Assembly (NCBI GenBank): GCA_003229305.1
Contig: QIDH01000056.1
Coordinates: forward strand, 3,777 to 67,776
Reading direction: 5' to 3'
Source of the DNA: Acidimicrobiia bacterium
GTDB lineage: Bacteria; Actinomycetota; Acidimicrobiia; Spongiisociales; Spongiisociaceae
Length of the DNA stretch: 64,000 nt
The notes under the pieces were generated by a model. That model was not told the origin of the DNA, ran no database searches, and was given only the letters and a program-made list of their open reading frames with translations. The position numbers were made by a program, and so were the translations under genes. Below, piece by piece: positions 1-10,533 of the stretch; positions within the stretch are counted from its first letter, which is position 1; every line of letters starts with the position of its first letter.

Positions 1-450
1 GACAAGATCACCAGTCACGCCGGAGCGATCCTGAAGACCGCCCGCTCGATCGAACGCACGATGGACACGACCGGAGGTCTGGCTTTCCAGCCGGCCATCG
101 ACGACATGGTCGATCAACTAGGCCGTCTCATCTACCCAGGCTTCCTCTCCGGCCTTGGCTCCGACCGCCTCCCCCACGTCGTCCGCTACGTCGAAGGGGT
201 CGCCCACCGGCTCGGCCGTCTGACCAACAACGTGGCGAGGGACCAGAACCTGACCGCCAGGATCCAGGATCTCGAAGCCACCCACGACGGACTCGTCGAC
301 GCCCACGGATTCACCCCCGACCTGCTCGAGATCACCTGGATGCTGCAAGAGCTGAGGGTGAGCCTGTTCGCCCAATCACTGGGAGTGCAAGGCTCGGTCA
401 GTGAAAAGCGGGTGCGGGTTGCCCTGGCCGCCGCCGAACGGAACGCGTAG
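1..450 (+). CDS. hrpA: ATP-dependent helicase HrpA, C-terminal fragment (gene begins upstream of window)
   Basis: Frame 1 is open from base 1 to TAG at 448-450. The tail ...PDLLEITWMLQELRVSLFAQSLGVQGSVSEKRV... matches the conserved HrpA C-terminal region as I remember it. Confidence 0.7.
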   Translation, partial: DKITSHAGAILKTARSIERTMDTTGGLAFQPAIDDMVDQLGRLIYPGFLSGLGSDRLPHVVRYVEGVAHRLGRLTNNVARDQNLTARIQDLEATHDGLVDAHGFTPDLLEITWMLQELRVSLFAQSLGVQGSVSEKRVRVALAAAERNA

Positions 451-509
451 CAGAAAGTCGGTGCGACGCACTCTAGATATACGCGGCGGTCGTCGTATAT
501 ACTGGTCGC

Positions 510-704
510 ATGAGCAAACATCTCGTGGACATCGATGAAGCGGCCCTGAGCGCGGCCCGCGCTGAGCTGGGTACGGTCACCATCAAAGACACAGTCAACC
601 AGGCCCTGCGCGCCTCCGCCGCCGACCTCAACCCTCGCGTCGTCAAGGCGCTGGATACTCTCGCCGGTGCTGACCTCATTGACCGAAGTGAGGCATGGCA
701 TTGA
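510..704 (+). CDS. type II antitoxin, VapB-like
   Basis: 64 aa, MSKHLVDIDEAALSAARAELGTVTIKDTVNQALR resembles VapB-type antitoxins. Its end overlaps the start of the downstream PIN gene by 10 nt. Confidence 0.6.
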   Translation: MSKHLVDIDEAALSAARAELGTVTIKDTVNQALRASAADLNPRVVKALDTLAGADLIDRSEAWH

Positions 705-1108
705 GCCACCTGCTGGACACCAGCGTATTGACTCGCCTCGGCGAACCCGCCGTCAGGGCAGTGGTCGAACCCCTCGCTTCGGTCGGACGCGCATCTCGGG
801 CGGGAATCAGTGATCTGGAAATCGGATACTCAGCTCGCAATGGCGCCGAATGGGACGAACTCGTCGCCGCGCTTGACGCGTTGAAGCTGGTCGAAACGAC
901 TGCCAGGCATCTGCAAAGGGCCCGCCAGGTCCAGCGGCTACTCGCCGTCGACAGCCAGCGGGGCCGCAAGATCCCTGATCTCTTGATCGCCGCGGCAGCC
1001 GAAGACAGCGACTACACCGTGCTCCACTATGACGCCGACTTCGACCTGATCGCTTCGGTGACCGGACAGCGTTGCCAATGGGTCGTACCCCCCGGCAGCG
1101 TTGATTAG
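695..1108 (+). CDS. vapC: PIN-domain ribonuclease toxin VapC
   Basis: 137 aa. N-terminal LLDTSVL (first acidic PIN residue) and C-terminal TVLHYDADFDLI motif; coupled to the upstream antitoxin. Confidence 0.75.
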   Translation: MALSHLLDTSVLTRLGEPAVRAVVEPLASVGRASRAGISDLEIGYSARNGAEWDELVAALDALKLVETTARHLQRARQVQRLLAVDSQRGRKIPDLLIAAAAEDSDYTVLHYDADFDLIASVTGQRCQWVVPPGSVD

Positions 1109-1252
1109 CAAGCTCCGACATTTGGGTCCACGTCTGGCCGTTTTTCATTTCTTCCACGATCCGTCTGGGTAGGGGGCTCGTTCGGCCAGGAAGGGTGGAG
1201 CATGGCGCCGGCAGATGCCCAGCGGAATGCGTAGACCTGGCAGAATTCGGCG

Positions 1253-1780
1253 ATGCGGAGAATCAGCGTCATGGGAGCAACCGGGTCGGGCAAGACGACG
1301 TTGGCAAAGTCAATAGCCGAGCGGCTCGATCTGCCATGCCTGGAGCTCGATTCGATCGCCCATCTGCCCGACTGGGAAGAGATCGTCACAGAACCGTTCC
1401 GCTCCGCCGTCGCTAGTTTCGCCCAACAGGACGGCTGGGTGATCGACGGCAACTATCCGAGGGTGCGTGACATCGTCTGGGCTCGAGCCGAAACTGTTGT
1501 GTTCACCGACCTTGCGCGCTGGAGAGTGATGAGTCGGCTGGTACCTCGCACCGTGCGCCGGGTTCTGACCAGGCAGAAACTATGGAACGACAACGTCGAA
1601 GGCTGGCGGAACCTGTTTTCCAGAAAAGAGAACCTCCTGCTGTGGAGCTGGAACACCCATCCAGAAATGCGTGCCCTCTACGACCAGGCCATTGCCGACC
1701 CGAATTTGCGACACCTGTCGTTCCATCGACTGGACTCCACCAAGGCGGTCGCCCAATTCATCGTAGATCTGCCGCGCTAG
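1253..1780 (+). CDS. P-loop NTPase, adenylate-kinase/FlaR-like
   Basis: Walker A motif VMGATGSGKTT at the N-terminus; 175 aa size fits small kinase-like AAA proteins. Confidence 0.55.
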   Translation: MRRISVMGATGSGKTTLAKSIAERLDLPCLELDSIAHLPDWEEIVTEPFRSAVASFAQQDGWVIDGNYPRVRDIVWARAETVVFTDLARWRVMSRLVPRTVRRVLTRQKLWNDNVEGWRNLFSRKENLLLWSWNTHPEMRALYDQAIADPNLRHLSFHRLDSTKAVAQFIVDLPR

Positions 1781-1889
1781 TTGCTCTCTTCGATCTACGG
1801 CACAGGCCGAAGAAGGTAGTAGCCGCGCCATACGACGAGCTCGGCCCAGGCAACCATGTCGAGCCTCGAAAGAGCGGTCTCTCGCGTTC

Positions 1890-3788
1890 CTACCGCGGGT
1901 ATCCAATCGTGGCCAGTGCCGTCGTGATCTCGTCGAAGATGGCGGGGTCGTCCACCGTGGCCGGCACGTCCCAGGGTTCGTCTGCGGCGATGCGGGCCAT
2001 CGTGCTGCGGAGGATCTTGCCGGATCTCGTTTTGGGAAGACGGTCGATGACGACGGCCGACTTGAACGCTGCCACCGGCCCGATCAGTTGGCGCACCGCC
2101 GCCACCACATCTCCGACGATCTCCTCGTTCTGGCCGTCAGCGCCTACCTTGAGCACCAGAAATCCCACGGGTAGTTGGCCTTTCAGCGAGTCGGCCACCC
2201 CGACAACGGCGCACTCGGCGACATCAGGGTGAGACATGAGGACTTCCTCGAGTGCTCCGGTCGAGAGACGATGGCCCGCAACGTTGATGATGTCGTCAGT
2301 CCTCGCCATCACATGGACGTGTCCGGCATCATCGATGAAGCCGGCATCGGCTGTCTCGTAGAACCCCGGGTATCTCGATAGGTAGGTCTCGACGAACCTC
2401 TCGTCGGCGTTCCAAAGTGTCGGCAGGGACGACGGTGGCATCGGAAGTCGGGCGCAGAGAGCACCGATCTCATTCGGGGGAAGTTCGGCTCCGTCTGGTC
2501 CGATCACCGCCAGATCCCACCCGGGAGCCGGGTGACCCTGCGATCCAGGGACGACTGGCAGCGCCTCGATGCCGAGGCAGGTGGCCGCGATCGCCCATCC
2601 GGTCTCGGTCTGCCACCAGTGATCGACCACCGGTACCCGCAATTGCCTCTCGGCCCAGCCAAGGGTGTCTGGGTCACATCGCTCCCCGGCCAGGAACAGA
2701 GATCGAAATCGGCTGAGATCGTATTTGGTGATTTCGAGGCCGTCCGGGTCGTGCTGGCGGATCGCTCGAAGTGCCGTGGGGGCGGTGAACATGCTTGCGA
2801 CTCCGTGGTCGGCGATCACCCTCCAGAACGCTCCGGCGTCTGGCGTCCCGACGGGCTTGCCCTCATAGAGAACGGTCGTGCAGCCATGCAATAGCGGCGC
2901 GTACACGATATATGAGTGGCCAACCACCCAACCCACGTCCGAGGCCGCCCAGTAGACCTCTCCTGGGCTCAGGTCGTAGATGTTCTGCATCGTCCACTTC
3001 AGTGCGACGGCGTGCCCTCCGTTGTCACGGATGATCCCCTTCGGCTGGCCGGTGGTCCCTGACGTGTAGAGGATGTAGAGCGGATCGGTGGCGGCCACTG
3101 GCACGCACTCATGCGGCGAGGCAGTCGCCATTTCGTCCATCCAATCGAGATCTCGCCCCGGCTGCATGGAGGCCGAGACCATATCGCGCTGGAATACGAC
3201 GCAATGGTCCGGTTTGTGGGCGGCAATCTCGATGGCGGCGTCGAGCAGCGGTTTGTACTCGATCACGCGGTTCACCTCGAGGCCACAAGAGGCCGAGACG
3301 ATCACTTTGGGCGTGCAGTCGTCGATTCGCACCGCAAGCTCGCGGGAGGCAAAACCTCCGAACACCACCGAGTGGACCGCCCCGAGCCGCGCACATGCCA
3401 GCATGGCGACGACCGCCTGGGGAATCATTGGCATGTAGATGATCACCCGGTCCCCGCGCTCCACCCCGCAGCGGCTGAGGACCCCGGCAAAGCGCCCAAC
3501 CTGATCGCGGAGCTCTCGATACGTATACGTCCGGGTTGTGCCGGTGACACCGCTGTCGAAGATCAGAGCCGCTTGCTCGCCTCGACCACCGTCGGCATGA
3601 CGATCGAGCGCGTTGTGACACGTGTTCAGCTCTCCACCCGTGAACCAGCGTGCGGCCGGGCGGGCGTCTTTGTCCAGGACCTTGTCCCAGGGTTTGGTCC
3701 ATTCGATGTCGCCGCCGGCCTCGGCCCAGAACTCTTCCGGATCGTCCATCGACCTGCGGTGCATTCGAGAGAAGGCCGAAGGGGTCAT
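1890..3788 (-). CDS. prpE: propionate--CoA ligase (acyl-CoA synthetase family)
   Basis: 632 aa. Motifs FWAEA..., NTCHNALDRH, YTSGTTGQPKG, ASDVGWVVGHSYIVYAPLL, RTDDIINVAGHRLSTG and LPKTRSGKILR are collinear with PrpE as remembered. Confidence 0.8.
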   Translation of the reverse strand: MTPSAFSRMHRRSMDDPEEFWAEAGGDIEWTKPWDKVLDKDARPAARWFTGGELNTCHNALDRHADGGRGEQAALIFDSGVTGTTRTYTYRELRDQVGRFAGVLSRCGVERGDRVIIYMPMIPQAVVAMLACARLGAVHSVVFGGFASRELAVRIDDCTPKVIVSASCGLEVNRVIEYKPLLDAAIEIAAHKPDHCVVFQRDMVSASMQPGRDLDWMDEMATASPHECVPVAATDPLYILYTSGTTGQPKGIIRDNGGHAVALKWTMQNIYDLSPGEVYWAASDVGWVVGHSYIVYAPLLHGCTTVLYEGKPVGTPDAGAFWRVIADHGVASMFTAPTALRAIRQHDPDGLEITKYDLSRFRSLFLAGERCDPDTLGWAERQLRVPVVDHWWQTETGWAIAATCLGIEALPVVPGSQGHPAPGWDLAVIGPDGAELPPNEIGALCARLPMPPSSLPTLWNADERFVETYLSRYPGFYETADAGFIDDAGHVHVMARTDDIINVAGHRLSTGALEEVLMSHPDVAECAVVGVADSLKGQLPVGFLVLKVGADGQNEEIVGDVVAAVRQLIGPVAAFKSAVVIDRLPKTRSGKILRSTMARIAADEPWDVPATVDDPAIFDEITTALATIGYPR

Positions 3789-4090
3789 ACATTCAATCTA
3801 ATGGTGGTTCACCTCGTGCGCCCGCCTCAGGGGTTGCGTTGCGACGCGGCACGGCAACCACCTGACAGTCGTGTTGAAAGGTGCGATGGATGACAGGATG
3901 TGGGCCGCCAGGCACGATCTAGGTCCACCCGCCGCTGCAGGCCACACCTGGGTGGTCGGAGACAACTCTCGTGACAGCATCCACAGCCGACGATGGGGCC
4001 AGATAGAATTGGCCTTGGCGTCTCACCGTGGTCCGATGCACTGCCGCGCTTTGAACCGCCGAACGTTTGACACCTCTAACCTCAGTGCCC

Positions 4091-5158
4091 ATGTCTGACC
4101 GCACCTACCGAATAGCCACGATTCCCGGTGACGGGGTCGGAATCGAAGTGACTGCCGAGGCCGTCAAGGTGCTGGAAGCGGCGGCCGGCCGCTTCGACTT
4201 CGACGTCGAGGTCCATGAATACGATCTCGGGGGTGGGCGGTACCTGAGGACCGGAGAAGTGCTGCCCGAATCCACCCAGGCCGAACTCGCCGAATTCGAC
4301 GCGATCCTGCTCGGGGCAGTCGGGACTCCCGACGTACCTCCAGGGGTGATCGAGCGGGGCCTGCTGCTCAAGCTGCGTTTTGATTTCGACCAGTACATCA
4401 ACCTGCGGCCGGTCAAGCTATACCCAGGAGTGCCAAGCCCGATCGCCGGACTCGCCCCAGAGCAGTGCGACATGGTGATCATCCGCGAAAACACCGAGGG
4501 CCTGTACGCGGGAATCGGCGGGAGCTTCAAGACGGGGACGCCCGATGAGGTCGCCACCCAGGATTCGATGAACACCCGCAAGGGGGTCGAGCGGGCCATC
4601 CGCTTCGCCTATGACCAGGCGATGGTCCGGGACAACCGGCTGACCGTCTGCCACAAGACCAACGTGCTGACCTACGCAGGCGATCTCTGGTGGAGGGCCG
4701 CCCAGGAGATCAACGCCGACTATCCGGACGTGGAACTCGACTACGTGCACGTGGACGCTGCATGCCTGTATCTCGTAAACGATCCTGGCCGCTTCGACGT
4801 GATCGTCACCGACAACCTGTTCGGCGACATCATCACCGACCTCGGTGCGGCGATCCAGGGTGGTCTGGGTCTGGCTGCGTCTGGCAATCTCGACCCGGAG
4901 AAGCGCTATCCGTCGATGTTCGAACCGGTGCACGGTTCTGCCCCTGACATTGCGGGCAACGGTTGGGCCAATCCGGTCGCCGCGGTCCTGTCAACGGCGC
5001 TGGCACTTTCGCATCTCGGCGAGACAGAGGCGGCTGCCGCAGTGGAACACGCAGCCGCGGCAGTGCTGCCAACCCTGGCAACCATGGGCGGCCCTGACAT
5101 GGGCGCGTCAACCTCCGAGATCGGTGACCGAATCACGGCGGCCATCAGCGAATCTTGA
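4091..5158 (+). CDS. leuB: 3-isopropylmalate dehydrogenase
   Basis: [57 protein letters not shown] and [10 protein letters not shown] are typical of actinobacterial LeuB. The ATG at 4091 is preferred over the ORF-track start at 4067. Confidence 0.75.
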   Translation: MSDRTYRIATIPGDGVGIEVTAEAVKVLEAAAGRFDFDVEVHEYDLGGGRYLRTGEVLPESTQAELAEFDAILLGAVGTPDVPPGVIERGLLLKLRFDFDQYINLRPVKLYPGVPSPIAGLAPEQCDMVIIRENTEGLYAGIGGSFKTGTPDEVATQDSMNTRKGVERAIRFAYDQAMVRDNRLTVCHKTNVLTYAGDLWWRAAQEINADYPDVELDYVHVDAACLYLVNDPGRFDVIVTDNLFGDIITDLGAAIQGGLGLAASGNLDPEKRYPSMFEPVHGSAPDIAGNGWANPVAAVLSTALALSHLGETEAAAAVEHAAAAVLPTLATMGGPDMGASTSEIGDRITAAISES

Positions 5159-5273
5159 ACCTGGGCAAGAAATCTCGCTGAGAGTAGTTTTTTCGCCACA
5201 CAGTGCGGCTTTATCGTGGCATACTCGAAGCGCGGGCCCCGGGGGGAACAAGTGATGAGAGAGGTGGTCCGCC

Positions 5274-5678
5274 ATGCAATGGCGTTGGAGTTTGCTCGCC
5301 TACACGGTCGGTCTGGCCGTTCTCGTATTGGTCAACCTCGTCGTCGACTCCTCAACGATCTGGATCGGCACCGCCGGCGTGGTGGGCCTGTCCGCGGTCG
5401 TCGGGTGGTGGGCAGGCGAATTGATCGACAATTCTCGCCCTCCCCTGGTTGTGCTGCTCGGTCTCGTATCGATCCTGGTGATTCTTGGTTTCGCGGCTCT
5501 GAACGCATGGACCATCCTCCCCCAGGCCCTCACCGGGGCGGGAGCCGGATTCCTGATCGAAAGATCGACTCTGTATCGACCCGCCAGCGCGCCTGATGGT
5601 CGCCGGTTCTCTAGCACAAACGAGGCAATCAGGCATACACCACAAGAAATCGGATTGGAACGCGTTCGCGCTTTGTGA
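5274..5678 (+). CDS. hypothetical membrane protein
   Basis: 134 aa with 3-4 hydrophobic helices. No recognised family. Confidence 0.35.
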   Translation: MQWRWSLLAYTVGLAVLVLVNLVVDSSTIWIGTAGVVGLSAVVGWWAGELIDNSRPPLVVLLGLVSILVILGFAALNAWTILPQALTGAGAGFLIERSTLYRPASAPDGRRFSSTNEAIRHTPQEIGLERVRAL

Positions 5679-5689
5679 GGTTGGTGGAT

Positions 5690-6487
5690 CTAACTGTCGA
5701 TGAGTCGACCAACCGCTCCGCCAGCCTCTGGGTCCTTGAGATAGGTGGGCCGCAGCTCGACCGGTTTGCTGCCCTTTCGCCTGGACTTCATGCGGAGGTT
5801 GAGCAGCTCAACGAAGATCGAAAAGCCCATCGCGAAGTAGATGTATGCCTTGTCGATCCCGGCTTCGAAAGCCTCCGCAACCAGCGAAACACCAATCAGC
5901 AGCAAGAAACTCAGGGCAAGCATCTTGACTGTCGGATGGTCGTTGACGAACTCCGAGATCGATTTGGCGGACAACACCATCACTCCGATCGCGATGATGA
6001 TCGCTGCGATCATCACCAGGATCTCATCCGCCATGCCGACCGCGGTGATGACCGAATCGAGGCTGAAGACGATGTCGAGCAGGCCGATCTGGACGATGGT
6101 GGCAGCGAAAGTGGCGGCCGCCTTGCCTGCCGTTTCGGACGCCTCCTCCCCTTCCAGTTTTTCGTGGATCTCGAATGTGGACTTCCAGATCAGGAAGAGT
6201 CCACCTCCGATGAGGATCATGTCTCGTCCCGAGATCTCGGCGCCCAGAACTTCGAAAAGGGTCCCGGTCAGGCCGATCACCCACGAAATGCTGAGCAGGA
6301 GAAGAATTCGCATCACCAGAGCGACCCCCAAACCGACATTCCTGGCCTTGGCCTGATCAGATTTAGGGAGTTTCGAAGCGAGGATCGAAATGAACACGAT
6401 GTTGTCGATCCCGAGCACGATTTCGAGCAGAGTCAACGTGAGCAGGGCAATCCAGGTATCAGGGTTGGTCAATAGATCCATGCTCAC
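5690..6487 (-). CDS. TerC-family integral membrane protein
   Basis: The N-terminus LLTLTLLEIVLGIDNIVFISILASKLP is the TerC signature; 265 aa, polytopic. Confidence 0.85.
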   Translation of the reverse strand: MSMDLLTNPDTWIALLTLTLLEIVLGIDNIVFISILASKLPKSDQAKARNVGLGVALVMRILLLLSISWVIGLTGTLFEVLGAEISGRDMILIGGGLFLIWKSTFEIHEKLEGEEASETAGKAAATFAATIVQIGLLDIVFSLDSVITAVGMADEILVMIAAIIIAIGVMVLSAKSISEFVNDHPTVKMLALSFLLLIGVSLVAEAFEAGIDKAYIYFAMGFSIFVELLNLRMKSRRKGSKPVELRPTYLKDPEAGGAVGRLIDS

Positions 6488-6528
6488 AGCCTATTGAGCG
6501 GCCATGGCTGCCAGGTGGATCGAATGGA

Positions 6529-9039
6529 TCACCCTCCGGCTTCACCGTCCGGCCAGTCATCGGTCCTCGGCTCAGGCTCTTGACCAGGCCCGGTCTTCGA
6601 AGGTTGCACGGGTCTGCGAGACGGACCCCGAACGCGGGCCTGGGGGACTCTCAGCGCCCTGAGTCTCGCCAGGCCGAAACGTGCCGAACGTACCTGTTCT
6701 TGAGTTACCCGCACGACATCTGGCATCTGCCTCATCCAGCCCGAAGCCCTCAGAGCCAACCACATCACTCCCCCGGCCAAGGCAACGACCCCGATCCCGG
6801 CCAGCAGCACAACGACTCTCGGCAACTTCAGATCAAAGAAGGCTCGCCCGCTTTCCGTGATCAGGATGTATCCGAACAACAAAGCCATCGCCCACAACAG
6901 GCCCCTCCGCAGACGATTGAGCGGGCGCATGCCGACGGCCAGCACAAAAAGACCAACCGCCACCAGAACGACTGTGGCCACAGTGCGGCTCTCGGTGAGA
7001 GTGGCGTCTTCCGCCTCGGACAGGCCGAACGCCCAGAACGTTGCCATGGCCGCCAACAGTCCGGTCGGAATCGAGAACCTGAAAACCCTCGACACGAAGC
7101 CAGGCTCCGACCGCCCTCCGGTCACCTCGAGAGCCAGCCAGAACGAAGGGATGCCGATCGTCAGCGACCCGACCAACGTCAGATGCCTTGGTAGGAACGG
7201 AAACTCGAAACCGGCCAGGCCGACCGCCACCACCAATGCGAACGCATAGATCGTCTTGGTTACGTATAGGTTGGCCACGCGCTCGATGTTGGCGATCACT
7301 CTGCGCCCCTCTGCCACAACCCTGGGCAGCGACGAAAAGTCGCCGTCTACCAACACGAGCTGACCGACCGCTCTGGTCGCGTCGCTTCCAGAACCCATGG
7401 CGACGCCGATATCGGCTTCTTTGAGCGCCAGTACGTCGTTTACGCCATCGCCGCTCATCGCCACGACGTGGCCCCTTAGCTTGAGCGCCCGGATCATCGC
7501 CCGTTTCTGCCGGGGCGAGATCCGCCCGAACACCGTTGCCCTCTCGACCACGTCCGCGAAAAGCACCGGGTCGGTTGGGAGGTCTCTTCCGTCCACCACC
7601 TCACCAGCGGCCGGCACTCCCGCCAGCTTGGCGATGGCACCAACGGTGGCAGGATGATCGCCGGAGATGACCTTGACGGCTACTCCTTGCTCCGCAAAAA
7701 ACGCCAGCGTGTCAGCAGCGTCAACCCTGACCTTGTCACCGAGAACCACCAGGGCCAGGGGCTCGATCTCGCCGAGCGGAGAGTCCGCGCGCGGAAGCTC
7801 AGCGATAGACGCGAGCAGCAGTACACGGTTGCCGACCGAGGCGTGTTTTTCCACCCTCGCCCTCAGATTCTTTGCCACGCCGAGCACATCAGGGGCACCG
7901 ATGACAAAGGCACCTTTGCCGACGAAGCTGACCGCGCTCCACTTGCGAGCAGATGAGAAGGGAACCGATCCGGCCTGGCGCCATCCGGGGCCGTTTGGGT
8001 AGGCGGGACGAAGAGCGGCGATCGTTGCGTTCGGGTTCGTTTCGGTTTCAACCAGCGCCGCCAGCACTGCGTCGACGTCTGCGACCGCCAGCGGCTCGGT
8101 GGCCAGATGCTCGAGCTTGCCCTCCGTCAGCGTTCCGGTCTTGTCGAAACACACAATGTCGACCCTGGCAAGGCCCTCAACCGCTGGCATCTCTTGGACC
8201 AAGACTCGACGCTGGGCGAGCCTCACCACTCCCACCGCGAACGCCACGGATGTCACGAGGACCAGACCTTGGGGGATCATCGCAACGGATCCAGCAACCG
8301 CATTGCGCAAAGCGGAGCGCACGCCGTCGGTCACCGAAAGCTGGCTCCAGACCAGAATCGCGACGGCGGGGAGCAGGGCCCAACTCACGGCGGCAAGGAT
8401 GAGATCGATACCCCTTCGCAGTTCGGAACGCACCAGGGTGAACTCCCTGGCCTCGTCAGCCAGTCTTGCCGCGTATGCGTCTGCCCCCACTGCGGTCGCT
8501 GTGTAGAGCCCGGTTCCGGCCACGACGAATGACCCAGAAAGCACCTGGTCGCCGACCGATTTGGTAACGGGGTCGGATTCGCCGGTTAGCAACGATTCGT
8601 CGACTTCGAGACCGTTGGCCTGTTCGACAACGCCGTCCACTGCAAGCTGGGCGCCTGCGGAAATGGAAACGAGATCGTCTTGCACGATCCGCGCGACAGG
8701 CAAACTCCATTTCTTTCGTTCTCTGATCACCTCTGCTGTGGGCGCCGTCACAACCGCGAGTTGTTCCAACTGGCGTTTCGCCCTGAGTTCTTGGACTATT
8801 CCGATGGCCGTGTTGGCCACCATGACCAGGCCGAATAGGGCATCTTGGATCGGCGCGACAAACAGGATCACCACGAGCAGGACTGCCAAGATGAGATTGA
8901 ATCTCGTCACGACGTTCGCCTTGATGATGTCGGCGGTCGAGCGGCTCACGGACTCCTGGGCCAGGTTGACGGCGCCGTCGCGAATTCGCTCATCGACTTC
9001 TGAGCGGAGTAGACCGGCGAGAGGATCACGTTCAGCCAT
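6529..9039 (-). CDS. cation-transporting P-type ATPase (HAD-IC family)
   Basis: 836 aa. Contains TGES, the CFDKTGTLT phosphorylation site, and the SGDGVNDVLALKEADIGVAMG hinge. Confidence 0.9.
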   Translation of the reverse strand: MAERDPLAGLLRSEVDERIRDGAVNLAQESVSRSTADIIKANVVTRFNLILAVLLVVILFVAPIQDALFGLVMVANTAIGIVQELRAKRQLEQLAVVTAPTAEVIRERKKWSLPVARIVQDDLVSISAGAQLAVDGVVEQANGLEVDESLLTGESDPVTKSVGDQVLSGSFVVAGTGLYTATAVGADAYAARLADEAREFTLVRSELRRGIDLILAAVSWALLPAVAILVWSQLSVTDGVRSALRNAVAGSVAMIPQGLVLVTSVAFAVGVVRLAQRRVLVQEMPAVEGLARVDIVCFDKTGTLTEGKLEHLATEPLAVADVDAVLAALVETETNPNATIAALRPAYPNGPGWRQAGSVPFSSARKWSAVSFVGKGAFVIGAPDVLGVAKNLRARVEKHASVGNRVLLLASIAELPRADSPLGEIEPLALVVLGDKVRVDAADTLAFFAEQGVAVKVISGDHPATVGAIAKLAGVPAAGEVVDGRDLPTDPVLFADVVERATVFGRISPRQKRAMIRALKLRGHVVAMSGDGVNDVLALKEADIGVAMGSGSDATRAVGQLVLVDGDFSSLPRVVAEGRRVIANIERVANLYVTKTIYAFALVVAVGLAGFEFPFLPRHLTLVGSLTIGIPSFWLALEVTGGRSEPGFVSRVFRFSIPTGLLAAMATFWAFGLSEAEDATLTESRTVATVVLVAVGLFVLAVGMRPLNRLRRGLLWAMALLFGYILITESGRAFFDLKLPRVVVLLAGIGVVALAGGVMWLALRASGWMRQMPDVVRVTQEQVRSARFGLARLRALRVPQARVRGPSRRPVQPSKTGPGQEPEPRTDDWPDGEAGG

Positions 9040-9210
9040 TTTCGTACCTGGTCACTTTTCGAGGACAGACAGGCGCGGCGCACCCCTGTGCGTCTGGTGT
9101 CGGTGGCTGCCGAATTCTCCTCCCGGCCTGCCTAAAACGTCTTCGATGATCGTGCCTCCAAGTGGGTGCAATGGTACGCCGCGAGGCTCCTCGCCCGATA
9201 CCGTGGCTGA

Positions 9211-9387
9211 GTGCTCGAATTCTTGCTCCCTAGATCCGACCTCGGAGTGCTGATACAGGCCGTCATCGCCGCCATCGCACTTGGTTTCGCCTGGTGGATG
9301 ACCAGGAATCGCCAGGAGTGGCGGCTGGTCACCATCGGCCTGACGTTGTTGAGTATCGGTTTCTTTGGAGTGAGGGCATTGCATTGA
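9211..9387 (+). CDS. candidate small two-helix membrane protein (below ORF-track cutoff)
   Basis: Hand translation from GTG 9211 (or GTG 9247) gives ...VLIQAVIAAIALGFAWWMTRNRQEWRLVTIGLTLLSIGFFGVRALH*. Third codon positions are mostly G/C. No homology assessed. Confidence 0.25.
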   Translation: MLEFLLPRSDLGVLIQAVIAAIALGFAWWMTRNRQEWRLVTIGLTLLSIGFFGVRALH

Positions 9388-9462
9388 CTCACCGTTATCC
9401 GCTATCGCCCGTACCAATCGTCGCCGGAGGAAGCAGGGCGGCCCACCGGTTCCGTCGGTTGG

Positions 9463-10392
9463 TCAGCGGAGGGCGGCCGGAGAGACTTTTCCGATGAGTT
9501 CGCCTGAATCGTTTATCACAGGCACCACATCAGTCCCGAGCTTGGCTGCTGCGTCTCCGACCTCGTGAAGACCGGCGGTCGCCCCGACCGCAACGATCTC
9601 GTTCATCACCGCCCCAACCGAAACGCCGGAACCCGCCATCGACAAATCGCTCCGATTTACCAGCCCGATCAGTCGCCGGTCCTCGACAACTGGCAGAACC
9701 GGGTCGTCACCTACTCCAAGGGCGTCTCCGGCGCCAAGCATCGGACTCACGTATTCGGGCGACTCCATCACCTGAAAGACTTTCGTCGGAACTGCCTTGA
9801 CGACGACCGCCCCTGCCTTCGCAACAGACGTCATTCGAGCTCCTGGACCGAAGAACATCCTTTGGATCCACGAACCGCCAGGAGCCCCGAGCACCAGCAG
9901 GCTGTCGCTTGCCAATGACTCGATCAGATCCTTGGCGGTCCTGGCCTCCACCACCCGACCGTGCATTTCTGCAACCGTTGCTTGCAAGGATTCGAGCACT
10001 TGTCCTGCCTGTTCCCGTTCCGGTGGGGCTCGGTACCCGCTGACCAACTCCGCGGAAACGTCGAGAGCCATCCCGAGTCTGGCGGCCACTTCTGTCGCCA
10101 ACGCGGAATGTGGCCCCCCACTGACCAAAGCAACGACTGACCCGATGGATTGCGGTTCGAACTCGAGAGGAGACGCGACAGAAACCAGAGGGGCGTTGGG
10201 GATCCGGCGAGCCACCAGCATCCCCGCTCGGTTGTCCAGGCAGGCTCCCTCGACGTCACCTGTTGCCCTGATTGAGTCACCGCCCGCGAGTGCTTCAGCC
10301 AGTTCTGAGCATCCTTTGCCCCTGGTCCACAGGACTCGAAGGGGACGGATGAGGTCGTCGTCGGCTGATCGCATCATGAGGGCCTCCGGCAC
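9463..10392 (-). CDS. CBS-domain protein with USP-like N-terminal region
   Basis: C-terminal CBS-pair-like segments (VLPVVEDRRLIGLVNRSDL, VVPVINDSGELIGKVS). Confidence 0.5.
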   Translation of the reverse strand: MPEALMMRSADDDLIRPLRVLWTRGKGCSELAEALAGGDSIRATGDVEGACLDNRAGMLVARRIPNAPLVSVASPLEFEPQSIGSVVALVSGGPHSALATEVAARLGMALDVSAELVSGYRAPPEREQAGQVLESLQATVAEMHGRVVEARTAKDLIESLASDSLLVLGAPGGSWIQRMFFGPGARMTSVAKAGAVVVKAVPTKVFQVMESPEYVSPMLGAGDALGVGDDPVLPVVEDRRLIGLVNRSDLSMAGSGVSVGAVMNEIVAVGATAGLHEVGDAAAKLGTDVVPVINDSGELIGKVSPAALR

Positions 10393-10533
10393 CCAATCTA
10401 TCGGATCGGCAGAATTGTGGGCGCTGAGTCCGGCAAACGAAGCCTTCCAGGCTGAGCAGAAACAGGCAAATGTTGTCGATCTGGGACGGAGTGGTCTTGG
10501 GATTCGCCACTCGCGCCTCTAGATTCGTCGCCG

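Noticed and set aside
3111-3893. 260-aa plus-strand ORF (also 3109..3792 minus, 227 aa)
   Set aside because: It is antisense or an alternate frame of the well-supported prpE gene. The Arg/Gly/His-rich composition is typical of high-GC shadow ORFs.
5675-6475. 266-aa plus-strand ORF
   Set aside because: It is antisense to the TerC gene. The product is low-complexity (D/R/H/E-rich) with no motif.
6488-6528. yybP-ykoY (Mn) riboswitch upstream of TerC
   Set aside because: Only 41 nt separate terC from the ATPase stop. The longer leader at 9040-9462 lacks the GGGGAGUAG and GACAUA blocks by eye.
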